Below are positions 12,710 to 25,489 of a stretch of DNA of 64,000 nucleotides, piece after piece. Position 1 is the stretch's first letter. Each line of letters opens with the position of its first letter. The DNA comes from Octopus sinensis. Its lineage: Eukaryota. The stretch covers positions 25,110,001 through 25,174,000 of the forward strand of contig NC_043003.1 of NCBI RefSeq assembly GCF_006345805.1. Direction: 5' to 3'. The position numbers and the translations under genes are program-made. The notes beneath the pieces are model-generated. The model was not told where the DNA came from. It saw nothing but the letters and a program-made list of their open reading frames with translations, and ran no database searches.

Positions 12710-13324
12710 ATCATTACCACCATCAGCACGGTTATCAACACCACCTATCTATCGCAAACAAACCACCACCACCACCACCACCACCGTCGCCGCCACTTTC
12801 ACCACCAGTACGATCAGCACCACCAGCACCAGTACCACCAATACCACCACCAGTACCAGCAGTAGCAGCAGCAGCAGCACCATCACCTCCACTACCACAA
12901 ACACCAATACCATCACCAACACCGCAAAACCAGCACCATCACAAATCAACTGCCATCACACCGCCTTCACCACAACCACAAACCGACCACAGCCATCACC
13001 ATCTAAATCAAACCCCCTCGCCCCCTAACCAACCAGCCAGCCAGCCAACCAACCACCACCACAGACCAATCATCACCACTACAATAACAACTTCTACCTC
13101 TACCACCAGCTTTTCCTCCGTCACCACGACAACGACGAAGACCACCACCACCACCACCACCACCACCAGCACCAACACCACCACCACCTGTCAATCCATC
13201 CCTCCATCCTTCAAACACACAGAAACCTTTGACCTACATTCTCTTCTATTACATTTTATAACAAAATTTCCCATGGACTCAATTCTCCATAATTAATAAT
13301 AACGCAAACTACAACACCAACAAA

Positions 13325-13383
<59 letters not shown>

Positions 13384-13400
13384 GCACCAACAACAACGGC
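12710..13400. repeat. Degenerate (ACC)n/(AGC)n/(CTA)n trinucleotide block
   Basis: Low-complexity triplet repeats. Confidence 0.85.
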
Positions 13401-13523
13401 AACAACTAGCATACAATAAATAAATAAAATAATATTAATAAATTCTTGATAGGCATATTTAGTATTTTTTATTTGTGTTTCCCTTTCCAGTTTGTCGCCA
13501 TTAATTTTAATATTCCAAGGTCA

Positions 13524-14137
13524 CTAAGGTGGCGAGCTGGCAGAAACGTTAGCACGCCGGGCGAAATGCGTAGCCGTATTTCGTCTGCCGTTACGTTCTG
13601 AGTTCAAATTCCGCCGAGGTCGATTTTGCCTTTCATCCTTTCGGGGTCGATTAAATAAGTACTAGTTACGCACTGGGGCCGATGTAATCGACTTAATCCA
13701 TTTGTCTGTCCTTGTTTGTCCCCTCTGTGTTTAGCCCCTTGTGGGTAGTAAAGAAATAGGTATTTTGTCTGTCGCTACGTTCTGAGTTCAAATTCCGCCG
13801 AGGTCGACTTTGCCTTTCATCCTTTCGGGGTCGATAAGTTAAGTACTAGTTGCATACTGGGGTCGATCTAATCGACTTAATACCTTTGTCTGTCCTTGTT
13901 TGTCCCCTCTATGTTTAGCCCCTTGTGGGCAATAAAGAAATAAGAAACGTTAGCACGCCGGGCGGAATGGTTAGCAGTTTTTTGTCTGTTTTTACATTCT
14001 GAGTTCAAATTCCGCCGAGGTCGACTTTGCCTTTCGTCCTTTCGGGGTCGATAAGTTAAGTACCAGTTGCATACCGGGTTCGATCTAATCGACTGGTCCC
14101 CGACCAAATTTCTAGCCTTGTGCCTAGAGTAGGAAAG
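13524..14137 (+). mobile_element. Trimeric SINE family B with a 15-bp TSD
   Basis: Three head-to-tail B modules; perfect TSD aatattccaaggtca at 13509-13523 and 14138-14152. Confidence 0.92.
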
Positions 14138-14284
14138 AATATTCCAAGGTCATTTACTTTGTACAGTAAACAATAGATCAGTTGTTTGTACGGAGGGGAA
14201 AAAAAAGAAAGAGATGTTAAAATTTAAGAGAATTTTAATTCATGCATACGATCGTTTCAAACAACGGCATCAAAATCATGCAAA

Positions 14285-14920
14285 TTCATTGTTGTCTATC
14301 CAAAAAGGGTGAAATGAGTTCGCGAGAATGGAGAGAAGAGCAGATGTCAACTCGGGATTTGCGGTTGCTTTCGGACAATTTATGAGGAACCCATTTTCCA
14401 AGCTTAGAACCTTTCCAAGTTGTTGAAGATGACGATGAACGGTTGTATGGTTTGAACTAAGCTTTATTGCCAATTCTTCAACTGATAATGCAGGATTTTC
14501 TTCAAGTAATGCCTCAAGGAGCTTATCATCAAACTCAACAGGACGTCCTGTTCGATCTTCATCTTCAAGGCTGAAATCTCCACTTCTGAATTTTGCAAAC
14601 CATCTGCAAGTTCTTTCATTCAAGCATTCTTTCCCATAAACTGAATGTATGTTTCGAGTCGCTTTGGCTGCAGAGTTTCCTTTTTTGTACTCATAAAGCA
14701 TTATGTGCCTTAAATGCTCTTTGGATACTTCCATGTTAGAAAGGGTTTTAATTAAACAAATTTTAATTCTATTATTCTGTAAAATAATATTTAATTAGTT
14801 TAAATGTACACAAATGCATAAAAATAATTTCAAATTCCATTAGACATTCTAAAATACTATTAAATTTCATTCAATTAAAAAAAAAAAGTAAAATCGGACA
14901 GAACTTATGGGATGACCTGA
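14285..14920 (-). mobile_element. Mariner (Hsmar1/cecropia-like) 5' part: transposase HTH region and one TIR
   Basis: EHLRHIMLYEYKKG.SA..A...I, W.FAKFRSGDFSLED..R.GRP, LGKWVP (frameshifted); TIR tcaggtcatcccataagttctgtccg next to TA. Confidence 0.9.
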
Positions 14921-15065
14921 TACATGGTTATATATAAATACCTATTATTTTAAGGAAATCAATTCCCCCAAAATATTTGGTATTCTACCAATATTTCCTT
15001 GGATGGCACCATCTTCATGAGGCTAACATAATCTCTAGTCGAATTTTAATATGTGTGTGTGTGTA

Positions 15066-15097
<32 letters not shown>

Positions 15098-15224
15098 ATA
15101 TATATATATTATATATATATATAATATATATATATATATACATACATACATACGTACTTATATATATATATACATGCACGCACCACCACATATATGTATG
15201 TACACACACTCGCACCCATACACG

Positions 15225-15258
<34 letters not shown>

Positions 15259-16293
15259 GAGAGAGTCAGATAGAGAGACATACATATACATATATATATA
15301 CGACTATGCATACATAGCATACATATATACAGACACACACACATGTACACAAACATACTCCCACACCCGGACGCACACGTATATAATTCATACAAGTGGA
15401 ATATAAAACAATCTCACAGCTTTGCAGCTGAGGAGTATATTTCTCACGAGATAACACAATGATACATTAGATTTTCGCGTAACGAAAAGCATATGACACA
15501 GATTTAAGCAGAAAAAAATCCACACAATACAGAAAATATGTGAAAAATACATTAATAATGATAGTGGATAAAATTCGCTTCCGGATAAGCTTTCAAAAAT
15601 ATATTCGTCTTCAGCTGGTTTTCATATGAACTAATGATAAGAAAGCCATATTTACAAACTACTTAGGGTGAGCCAACATACGCACGAGTAAGATGTGATA
15701 GAGAAAAATTATGCGTATTGAACCGGAAACAGAATTTTTTATTTTAGTGTCGAAAACCAATTTCGTAACGTAGAGATGTCACGAGAGAGGCGCAGGATCT
15801 CTCTCTCTCTCACACACACACTGTTTAATAAAAAAAAAAGAAAGGAATTTAAAATTGAGCTACTATAAGTTTTATGTTCTGATAATACAGTGATCGGACG
15901 GGGTTGCATAGTGTGCTGTCTAATGTCCTGAAGTCTTTCAGGTTCAGAATAAACATGGCAGCTCTTTGAGAGAAAGTGAGAAAGAACGAGAAAAAAGGGG
16001 AGGTAAAAAAGAAAAAAAGGAAGACGAAGAGGAAACTTGGCGGGAAGGAAAATAACATGTACATATACACTCACACTCACACTCACACACATATGTGGAA
16101 ATTAATGTTTGTTTCTATGTCAGATTATATGCATATAAAAGGCGACATTAAACTGAAAGATTACTCGTTTCTTTTTAGTAGAGTACATAGTCTTTTACTA
16201 TTTTACTTGGTTGAGCATGTGTACTAAACTTTTACAAGGTAAAGGTTAATGCCAGGGAGTTCAGAGTTTCGACGTATTCGCATCAGAAGTACA

Positions 16294-16341
<48 letters not shown>

Positions 16342-16391
16342 ATACTGTAATTGTTCCTGTTGTTGTTGTTTTTTTGTTTCCCTTTTGGATT

Positions 16392-16460
<69 letters not shown>

Positions 16461-16461
<1 letters not shown>

Positions 16462-16633
16462 GGCGTAGAGTGATAGTGTGGTAAGTAGCTTGCTTACGAA
16501 CCACATGGTTCTGGATTCAGTCCCACTGCGTGGCACCTTGGGCAACTGTCTTCTACTACAGCCATGTGAGTGGATTTGGTAGACGGAAACTGAAAGAAGC
16601 CCGTCGTATGTATATATATATATGTGTGTGTGT

Positions 16634-16706
<73 letters not shown>

Positions 16707-16817
16707 GTGTGTGTGTGTGTATGTGTGTGTGTGTGTGTGTATGCTTGTGTGTCTGTTTGTCCCCCCGACATCGCTTGACAACCGATGCTGGTGTATTTGC
16801 TGGTTCGGCAAAAGAGA
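16461..16817 (+). mobile_element. SINE family A with long internal (TG)n, 3' end lost
   Basis: Head, body, (TG)n at about 16620-16745, then direct junction to a mariner interior. Confidence 0.85.
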
Positions 16818-17552
16818 CGCGTCGAGTGCTCGAGGATGAATTTGGAGATGTGCCAAGAAGATGAGTCAAAATTTTTCAAAAGACTGATTACACAGGATGA
16901 AACCTGGGTCCATCACTATGGTCCAGAGACCAAAGCCCCGTCAACGCAGTGGAAGCACCGTGACTCACCTCCTCCAAAGAAGGCAAGGGTGCAGCCCTCC
17001 GATGGCAAGGTCATGCTCACAGTCTTCTGGGACCAGGACAGAGTAGTGATGATAGAGTTCCTGGCAAAGGGTACCACAATTACAGGAGCCTATTATGCTT
17101 CACTTTTGAGGTATTTAAGAGAAGCTATCAAAATCAAGAGGCGGGGCAAGATCAGCAAAGGCATCCTCCTCCTGCAGGACAACGCTCCGGTCCACAACTC
17201 GCGTGTCACCAGATCAGAAGCACAGGCGTGCGGCTATGAACTCCTCTCCCATCCCTCCTACTCTCTTGACCTTGCACCCTCTGATTTTCACCTCTTCCCA
17301 GCCATGAAGTTGTTTTTGAAAGGAAAGTGTTTCCCAGATGATGCAGCCTTGATTTCTGAAGTCACGTTGTGGTTGGAGGACCAAGCTGGGGTCTTCTACA
17401 AAAACGGTCTCCAGAGCTGCATCAAACGATGGGAGAAATGCGTAACTCTGGGTGGTTCCTATGTAGAAAAAGTCTAATAACTGTGCCAAGTTTCGTTGCT
17501 CTACTGCTATGGGAAGTGGGTCAGGGGCATTACTTATTTAACGCCCCTCGTG
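16818..17552 (+). mobile_element. Mariner DD34D catalytic domain and 3' TIR (irritans-like)
   Basis: Open frame to 17477 with QDETW, GKVMLTVFWD, QDNAPVH-34 aa-SLDLAPSD; TIR ttacttatttaacgcccctcgtg followed by TA; N-terminus missing. Confidence 0.93.
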
Positions 17553-17575
17553 TAATATATATATATATATATATA

Positions 17576-18253
17576 TGAAGGTGTACCCAAAAGTAACCGG
17601 AAACGTTCTCCGTAGGACAAGCTCGTTGTAGTTCAGACTTCTGTCGCTAGAAGCCACTTGATGCGATCCTCAGACATCAGTCTGTCGATCGGCGTCGTGG
17701 GGTCTGATCCGTGATTCGTCTTTGTTTTGCAATGTTTTTCCCCTGTTCGTCGAATTTTGCGATGGCTGAAACGAAGGAGCACCGTGCTTCCGTGAAATTC
17801 TCTTTCCTGCTGAGGAAAATGGCGGCCGAAACAGTTGTCTTGCTTCAAACAGCTTACAAGGACGTTGCTATGAGCAAAACACAAGTTTAAGAGTGGTTTT
17901 TCACGTTTTAGGATATGGACACTTGTCGTTCAGGGCGACCGTTGACCTCCCGAACAAATGAAAACATCATGAAAATTCATGAACTGATCTTGGAGGACTG
18001 TCACCGAACTTGTTGATATGACTTCTGTGTCCTTGAATTTGCAAATGTGGAAGAGGTGGAGGAAAAAAACGACGGAGGCGTTAAAAGGCACCACTTCGCA
18101 AGAGTTTCAACACTGGTTCGAACAGCGAAAACGCGTCTGGACCGATGCATTGCTTCCAATGGAGAATACTTTGAAGGCTATAAAAGTGTAAACATGGAAA
18201 GCTAAGTGAATAAAATATTGCAATATCCCGGTTTTTTCAGGTACTCCCTTGTG
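17576..18253 (+). mobile_element. Internally deleted non-autonomous mariner
   Basis: N-terminal MAETKEHRASVKF..AAETV..LQ.AY and C-terminal RLDRCIASNGEYFEG; imperfect TIRs; TA-repeat flanks. Confidence 0.8.
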
Positions 18254-18308
18254 TATGTGTGTATATATATATATAATATATATACATACATACAAACATA
18301 CATATATG

Positions 18309-18342
<34 letters not shown>

Positions 18343-18413
18343 TGTATGTATGTATGTATGTATGTATGTATGTATGTATGTATGTGTCTGTGTGTATATA
18401 CACATACATATGT

Positions 18414-18770
18414 GGAGGCAGAATGGCCCAGTGGTTAGGGTAGCGGACTCGCGGTCGTGGGATGGCGTTGTGAGTGTTTATTGAACGAAAACACCTAAAG
18501 CTCCACGAGGCTCTGGCAGGGGATGATGGCGAACTCTGCTGTACTCTTTCACCACAACTTTCTCCCACTCTTTCTTCCTGTTTCTGTTGTACCTGTATTT
18601 CAAAGGGCCAGCCTTATCACACACTGTGTCACGCTGAATCTCCCCGAGAACTAAGTTAAGGGTACACGTGTCTGTGGAGTGCTCAGCCACTTGCACGCTA
18701 ATCTCACGAGCAGGTTGTCCCGTGGATCGGATAAACTGGAACCCTTGTCGTCGTAACCGACGGAGTGCCA
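18414..18770 (+). mobile_element. SINE with family E head and family C tail
   Basis: Head shared with 43740 and 60827; tail shared with 30531-30844 and 35652-35970. Confidence 0.85.
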
Positions 18771-18771
18771 C

Positions 18772-18873
<102 letters not shown>

Positions 18874-19304
18874 CTGTTTCTGAATGAAGAAACTTAAGAA
18901 CTTACGAAATATAACAAAAGTAAACAATTTCTTATAAGAGAACTCGATGAATCAATGGATTTGAGAGTGAAAATGTAAGACAGAATTAAACATTCTGTAT
19001 CATAGAAAAAACCCACCATTACTACACATAATATAAGTTCAAATTCTGGAGGAAATTCTTTCCTAGATAATCTTTCAAAAATGTATTAGTCTTCCATAGG
19101 TTTTCATATGGATTAAGCGCAGGAAAGATAACTTGGAGGGACTAATATAACGAGATCTAACACCTATAAGAACTATAATGATTGAAACTGGAGTCGCGAA
19201 AAAACCGTTTTAATTTGAATATTAAATCTTATACTCTACATGTGCTGAGCACTCTTCTCCCATCGCTCGATGGAAACCAACATACATATATAAAACCATA
19301 ACTG

Positions 19305-19655
<351 letters not shown>

Positions 19656-20919
19656 ATATATATCGTTAAGTATGGATGTATAAGCATTCAAATTTTATCG
19701 TCTGTCTGCAAAAGCGGAATAAAGTACTCAATACAGGATGTAGAATGTCATATTTATTTATACTTTCCCTAACGACGCAATTTCTGCATCACTAAGATCC
19801 TCAAGCGAAAATTGTCTTATATTGAGGCTGCTTTTATTTACTTTAGCGGTGTTCAGCCTTCTATCTCTATGTGACACTTTCATTGGCTGGTTTCAAAAGA
19901 TGTTTTATTGTGAGGCTGCCTGAGGCTGTCGTCGTTTCACATGGCAATTCGTTGGTTGTTCAACTTTTACTGGTCATTTTTACTGTTGTTTATCTATCTA
20001 CAAATAGTTTTTAGATCCTTTATTCAAAAGTTGTCTTTCGGAAATTGTTTATCTGTATATCGTTTGCCAAAGACTAATGCAGGAGTCGTCCTGCGTAATC
20101 GCAGCCAGTCTTTCTAAGCTATAGCATGATTTGCTAGTGTTGTTCATTTACCTACTGATTATTGATTAGCTGATTCAATAGCTTCCCTGTATCGGTCTGT
20201 TGTTTACATCCTGCTTTGTTAAAGTTGCCCTTCTGTTTACTTTTTAAATTGTAATCTTGTATCTGAAATCGCTAAAGATATTTTTGGCTTATTCGATGGT
20301 CATTCTATTTTTCACAGTTGTTTTTCTATATATCATTTTTCGGATACTGTTGTTATCCAGAAGTTATTTATATGAATTTGTTTATCAGTAAATCGCTTCC
20401 CATTGGCCAGTCTTAGTAACTCGCTCTTTCTCTCCTTCCACATTTTGTAATCGCATCCTGTTTTGCTAAACTGTATTATATTTTCATATTTTACTAGATT
20501 TTTTTTTCTTTACCGCTTGGTTATTCGATGATTCTAAAACCGTGGTGTAATCTGCCTGTTGGTTACGTCATTTATATCCTGCGTTGCTAAATTTGTTGCA
20601 TGTCTATTTCATTGATATTTTGTATCGGATGTCGCGGATGATGCTTTTGATATATTTCATGATGTTCTGTCTTGTCATTGAACAGCTTCGATATTGTTTA
20701 TCCATGCATCATTTTGGGGGTTCGAGAGGGGAATGGGAAGGATCGGAGGATGGGGTCTTGGCCTGTCATTCCGAAATTCTTTTCATGAAATAGTTTATAT
20801 GTGTAAACATTGTTTTCTGTTCTGCTGGCAAAATCAGTTGTCGGACTGTCTCTGTTTGCCTTTTGGATATTTTCACTTGTTCTGAGTCGTGTTTTCCTTC
20901 AATTTTTCTTTTACTTGTT

Positions 20920-21070
20920 TTCATTAATGGACAGTGGCCTGGCTGAGGCCATCATCTTGAAGGGTTTTAGTTGAACGAATCGACCCAGTACTTACTTGGT
21001 ACCTATTTTGTCGGTCTCGGATGCCAAACTACTAAGTTACGAGGATGCAAACAAACCAACACCGGTTCTC
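20920..21070 (-). mobile_element. SINE family A, 3' half, diverged
   Basis: gaagggttttagttgaacgaatcgacccagtactta...ctaagttacg. Confidence 0.55.
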
Positions 21071-21116
21071 AGGTAGTACTGGAGAATAACGACAAGGACA
21101 AACAATGGAATACAAC

Positions 21117-22420
21117 CAAAAGGAGCTCCCATTCTTAGATATACTAATTTAAAAAATTAACCTTAAAATAGAAACAGACATTTTTTACAAAGCCACAGAC
21201 GCTAAACAATACCTACTTTTTGATTCATGCCACCCAAGACACACTAAAACAAACATCCCTTTCAACCTTGCAAGAAGGATATGCACAATAGTGTCAGAAC
21301 AAAATACCAGGAACTTTAGACTACAAGAACTCAAAAACACCCTAATTGACATACACTACCCAGCTCAACTCATAGAGGATGGGATCAGACGTGCAACAGA
21401 AATCGACATAGAAACTTTGAGAAAATTTCAACACAACGACACACCTTCCCCGAAAATACTGCCTTACATATCCACATACAACCCCAGAAACAAAGAAGCC
21501 TTCACCATCATCACCCAGAATTTACCAATACTCCATAAGGACCCCAAATTAAAGGAAATTCTAAACATACATAAAATCATTAAAAGCTACAAACAACCTA
21601 AATCACTTAAAAATATTCTCACAAAGGCAAAATTGTTTTCTGAAATTACGGATGCAAAAGTAAAAAAATGTGGTAGACCAAACTGCGCAACGTGCCCAAA
21701 CCTTCTAGAAGGATCAGAATTCCTTTTCAAAGAGGGACAAAAATTCAAGATCAGATCTAATTTTACTTGTGCTTCTGAAAACATAATTTATGTCATAAGG
21801 TGCTCGGGCTGCCACCAAAACTACGTGGGGTCCACGGGACTATCACTCAGACGTAGATGCACTCTGCATCGACAACAGATTGCCTTCCCAGAATACAGAA
21901 TGATACCCTTTAGTGAGCATATTGAGAAATGCGCAAAGCAACTACTACCACAATTTTTAATCTTTCCATTCTATCAATGTGCTTTGGAACACCAACACAA
22001 ATTAGATTAAACAAGGAAACATTCTTCATTGAAAAATATAAGCCCAAACTTAACCACTTTAACATTCTTATGCAGAGAAACTCACCCCATTAAATAAAGG
22101 GAAAAGAAATATAAAGCGATTATCTCCCTTATACCGGAAGAAATCGCTTATTACCTCCCCCTACCTGGAACTCTTCTTTGCACTTCATAACAAAGACATA
22201 ACACGATGTAGATAAAGGCATTTGAGAAATTTGAAAAGTTAACACGAAACCGGTAATTTCTTCAAAAACTATGTCACTGTATGAAAATTTTTTATAACAT
22301 TCTTCTCACATAATGACTCAAATATATTCTTTAACCTTATAAAACAAGCCTTCTGTAGTTTTTTCACTCTTTACTAGTTTCTATATATCCAACTACGTGC
22401 TTTCACACACCAACTTTCTT
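21117..22420 (+). mobile_element. Penelope-like element (Neptune-like): RT C-terminus, Cys-rich linker, GIY-YIG endonuclease, 3' UTR
   Basis: LPFLDIL, IETDIFYKATD..QYL..DSCHP; KCGRPNCATC linker; IIYVIRCSGC..NYVGST..LRRR...HR GIY-YIG motif; ORF 21291-22010 open for 239 aa. Confidence 0.9.
22225..22261 (+). ncRNA. Minimal type I hammerhead with a U3-A8 core pair
   Basis: agaaat-TTGAAAA-GT taac AC-GAAAC-CG-GTA-atttct: stem I 6 bp, stem II 2 bp, ACCGGT palindrome, GUA site; in PLE 3' UTR. Confidence 0.55.
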
Positions 22421-22421
22421 A

Positions 22422-22478
<57 letters not shown>

Positions 22479-22728
22479 GATATATATATATATAGGTAGA
22501 TAGATAGATATAGATATGCATGTATGTGTATGAAAAGGGATGATGTATAAAGCATCAAGAGCTCATTTACTTGTAGGTCTTAAACTCCAAAATCTTATAA
22601 CATTGTAGTAAATCCAGGTGGAAAAAAGCTTGCATGTATCGTTATAGCCGGCTATAACGATCCTTAAAAGCAACGTATATTTAGAATAAAAAGCAGACAA
22701 GAAGAAATATATATATATATATATATAG

Positions 22729-22802
<74 letters not shown>

Positions 22803-22975
22803 ATTAATCAGCCGAAATTGCTAAGATGATCTGGTTCTTGACTGATGACTGAGGGCTTCGAATGTCCCGTCCTGTGGTTCTTGTGTCGTCTCTGTGGTGT
22901 TTCATGTTCTTGTCCATGTCTGTAATTATATTTTACTGTTTACCTATATATATATATATATATAATATATATATA

Positions 22976-23075
<100 letters not shown>

Positions 23076-23461
23076 AGAGAGAGAAAAGAGAGAGAGAGAG
23101 AAGGGAGTGATGGAAACAGATTGGTGTATAAACGGTAAAACGAATTATGAAAATTGGTTGGGTGTTGGTGAAAGGTATGATCGTGTTAGTGAGTGACTGA
23201 AAGTAAATGAATAGCAATTGGAAGGAGTGAAGTAGAAAAGTTTTAAAGATATAAAGCCAGATTGAGAGATGAATTAAGAGACGGGATGAGAGTGTTTGAA
23301 AAGTAGGAGGGACAATTGTAGCTTAGACGCAGGTTAACCATGATCAAACCGGTCTATAATTAAATACTTAATAGCAACTGGGTTTCCAAATATGTTTTTT
23401 TCTGATAGAGTGTTTGTATAACCGCATTACAGATGCTTCCTTCTTAATTACAGAAATGTGT

Positions 23462-23780
23462 TAAGGCGGCGAGCTAGCAGAATCGTTTGCGCGCTATGCG
23501 TGCAAAATACTTAGCGGCATTTCGTCCGTCTTCACGTTCTGAGTTCAAATCTCACTAAGAGTCGACTTTGCCTTTTATCTTTTCGGGGTCGATAAAACAA
23601 GTACTAGTCGAACACAAAGGGTGATGTAATCGACTTCAACCCTACCTAAAATTGCAGGCCTTGTGCCAATCGTTAGTACGCTGGTATTTCTTCTGAGTTC
23701 AAATTTCGCCGAGGCGGACTTTGCTTTTCATCGTTTTCGAGGTCGATAAAATTATGTACCAGTCAAGTACTGTGATCTAT
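23462..23780 (+). mobile_element. SINE family B, one copy plus a partial second module
   Basis: aaggcggcgagctagcagaatcg...gttctgagttcaaat...ttttcggggtcgataaa. Confidence 0.8.
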
Positions 23781-23968
23781 AGCAGAAAGGAAAAAATTAT
23801 AGAAAGGAGCAAGATGAGGATGACTTAACTGCTGTTTCCAGTACATTGAACGAATAAGTAAAGACACATTTACTGACATGATCTTGTTAGTATCGTTGTT
23901 TTGATTCGAGTGTATATATATAGTGTGTGTGTATATAATATATATGTATATATATGTATATTATATAT

Positions 23969-24087
<119 letters not shown>

Positions 24088-24127
24088 TATAATATATATA
24101 TATATATGTAAAATAATAGTTATCGCC

Positions 24128-24158
<31 letters not shown>

Positions 24159-24164
24159 ATATAT

Positions 24165-24215
<51 letters not shown>

Positions 24216-24242
24216 TTTTGTAGATATGTACATATACTGTAT

Positions 24243-24560
24243 ACGACGGGTTTTTTCAGTTTCCGTCTACTGAATTGACCCACAAGGCTTTGCTCAGCTA
24301 TAGTAGAAGATACCCGCACAAAGTGCCGTGTAGTGGGGCTGAACCTGGAACCATATGGTTGGGAAGCAGACTTTTTACCACACAGCCATGACATCTATCT
24401 CTCTCTTTCTGTTTCTCTCTCTCTAGCTATCTACCTATCTAAAACAGCTCTCCAAATAGTTTTCGTATACCAAATTCCCTCACAGGGCATTAGTCGACCT
24501 GAGGCTATGGTAGAAGACACTTGCCCAAGGTGCCACGCAATGAGACTGAAGTCGAAACCG
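24243..24560 (-). mobile_element. Two SINE family A 5' fragments
   Basis: acgacgggttttttcagtttccgtctac...ccacacagcca and gtagaagacacttgcccaaggtgccacgca. Confidence 0.7.
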
Positions 24561-24604
24561 AATAGTAGCAAAGTGTCACGAATGATCATGGGTCATTCGT
24601 GGCA

Positions 24605-24895
24605 CTTTTGTCACGAATGATCATGGGATTGCTCCTAGAAAGTTGCCCTCCGAGGCGCAAGTCCGGGCAAAGGTTATTTAAGGAAGACTAGCAGTCACCC
24701 ATGTATACCGGCTCCCTTCTCCAAGGACGATGTTCACGGGAAAGGAAAAGGCTTGGCGTCAGTGACGTCGCAACTCATTTCTACAGCTGAGTGCCTTGGA
24801 ACAACGTGAAATAAAGTGCCTTGCTTAAGAGCATCAAGAACTCTACACACAACTGTAAGCACGGCACTCTAACCACCGAGCCATGCACCTTCACT
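24605..24895 (-). mobile_element. SINE with a C-type head/body and a distinct 3' tail
   Basis: Reverse complement gaaggtgcatggctcggtggttagag...gcactttatttcacgttg...ctcagctgtagaaatgagttgcg, then a tail not shared with family C. Confidence 0.65.
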
Positions 24896-25194
24896 TCATC
24901 TGAATTAACTCTGTTTAAGGCTATTCTGGTCAAGACCATCCTGTCATAACTTATAGGAATATCGTATCCTTGATTATTGCTTCAAATGTGTCCTTTCTTA
25001 AGACGGCATGTGCGACATTTGAAGGAGATTTGTCTGTTGTTTCTAGCAGATTAGGTGGCCCTGTTTCTTTTACCTCGAGGCATCATATCTCACCGACTCA
25101 CGTGAAGCTGTTATTGTTATTGTTTCGCCACGACCAGACGGACATACATTCAAAGGATTTCCAGCAGTGACCATCTCAAACCTATTTATCTTTT

Positions 25195-25400
25195 ACTCGT
25201 TTACTTGTTTCAGTCATGTGACTATGGTCATGCTGGAGCACCGCCTTTAGTCGAGCAAATCGACCCCAGGACTAGTACTTATTCTCTCGGTCTCTTTTGC
25301 CGAACCGCTAGTTACGGGAATGTAAACACACCAGCATCAGTGGTCAAACGATGTTGGGGGGGGGACAAACACAGACACACAAACATATACTCACACATAC
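25195..25400 (-). mobile_element. SINE family A, 3' half (partner of 29268-29426)
   Basis: Close match to 9060-9252. Confidence 0.85.
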
Positions 25401-25435
25401 ATACATACATACATACATATACATACATACATACA

Positions 25436-25487
<52 letters not shown>

Positions 25488-25489
25488 TA

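Noticed and set aside
14977-15457. Long YI/CV/HT/YLSI/MYVC ORFs here and at 23870-24394, 31024-31531, 33253-33528 and 35260-37095
   Set aside because: They are translations of stop-free microsatellites, with no domain or splice evidence.
15580-15620. Minus-strand CTGAAGA...GAAAGCTTA in a repeat shared with 19000-19230
   Set aside because: Stems I and II do not pair adequately and the homolog lacks the core.
17805-17840. CTGAGGA...GAAAC motif
   Set aside because: Lies in mariner coding sequence and has no stem I; coincidental.
19750-20900. Possible PLE ORF N-terminal remnant on the minus strand (LLNKGSK-like word)
   Set aside because: Only one short motif and many stops; needs a tBLASTx or HMM search to support.
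22627-22637. aagcttgcatg resembling a cloning polylinker
   Set aside because: The match ends after 11 bp and there is no other vector sequence.
23316-23358. Hammerhead-like frame (attgta/tataat stem, AAACCGGTC)
   Set aside because: No NUGANNA core and G12 is missing, so it cannot be called a ribozyme.
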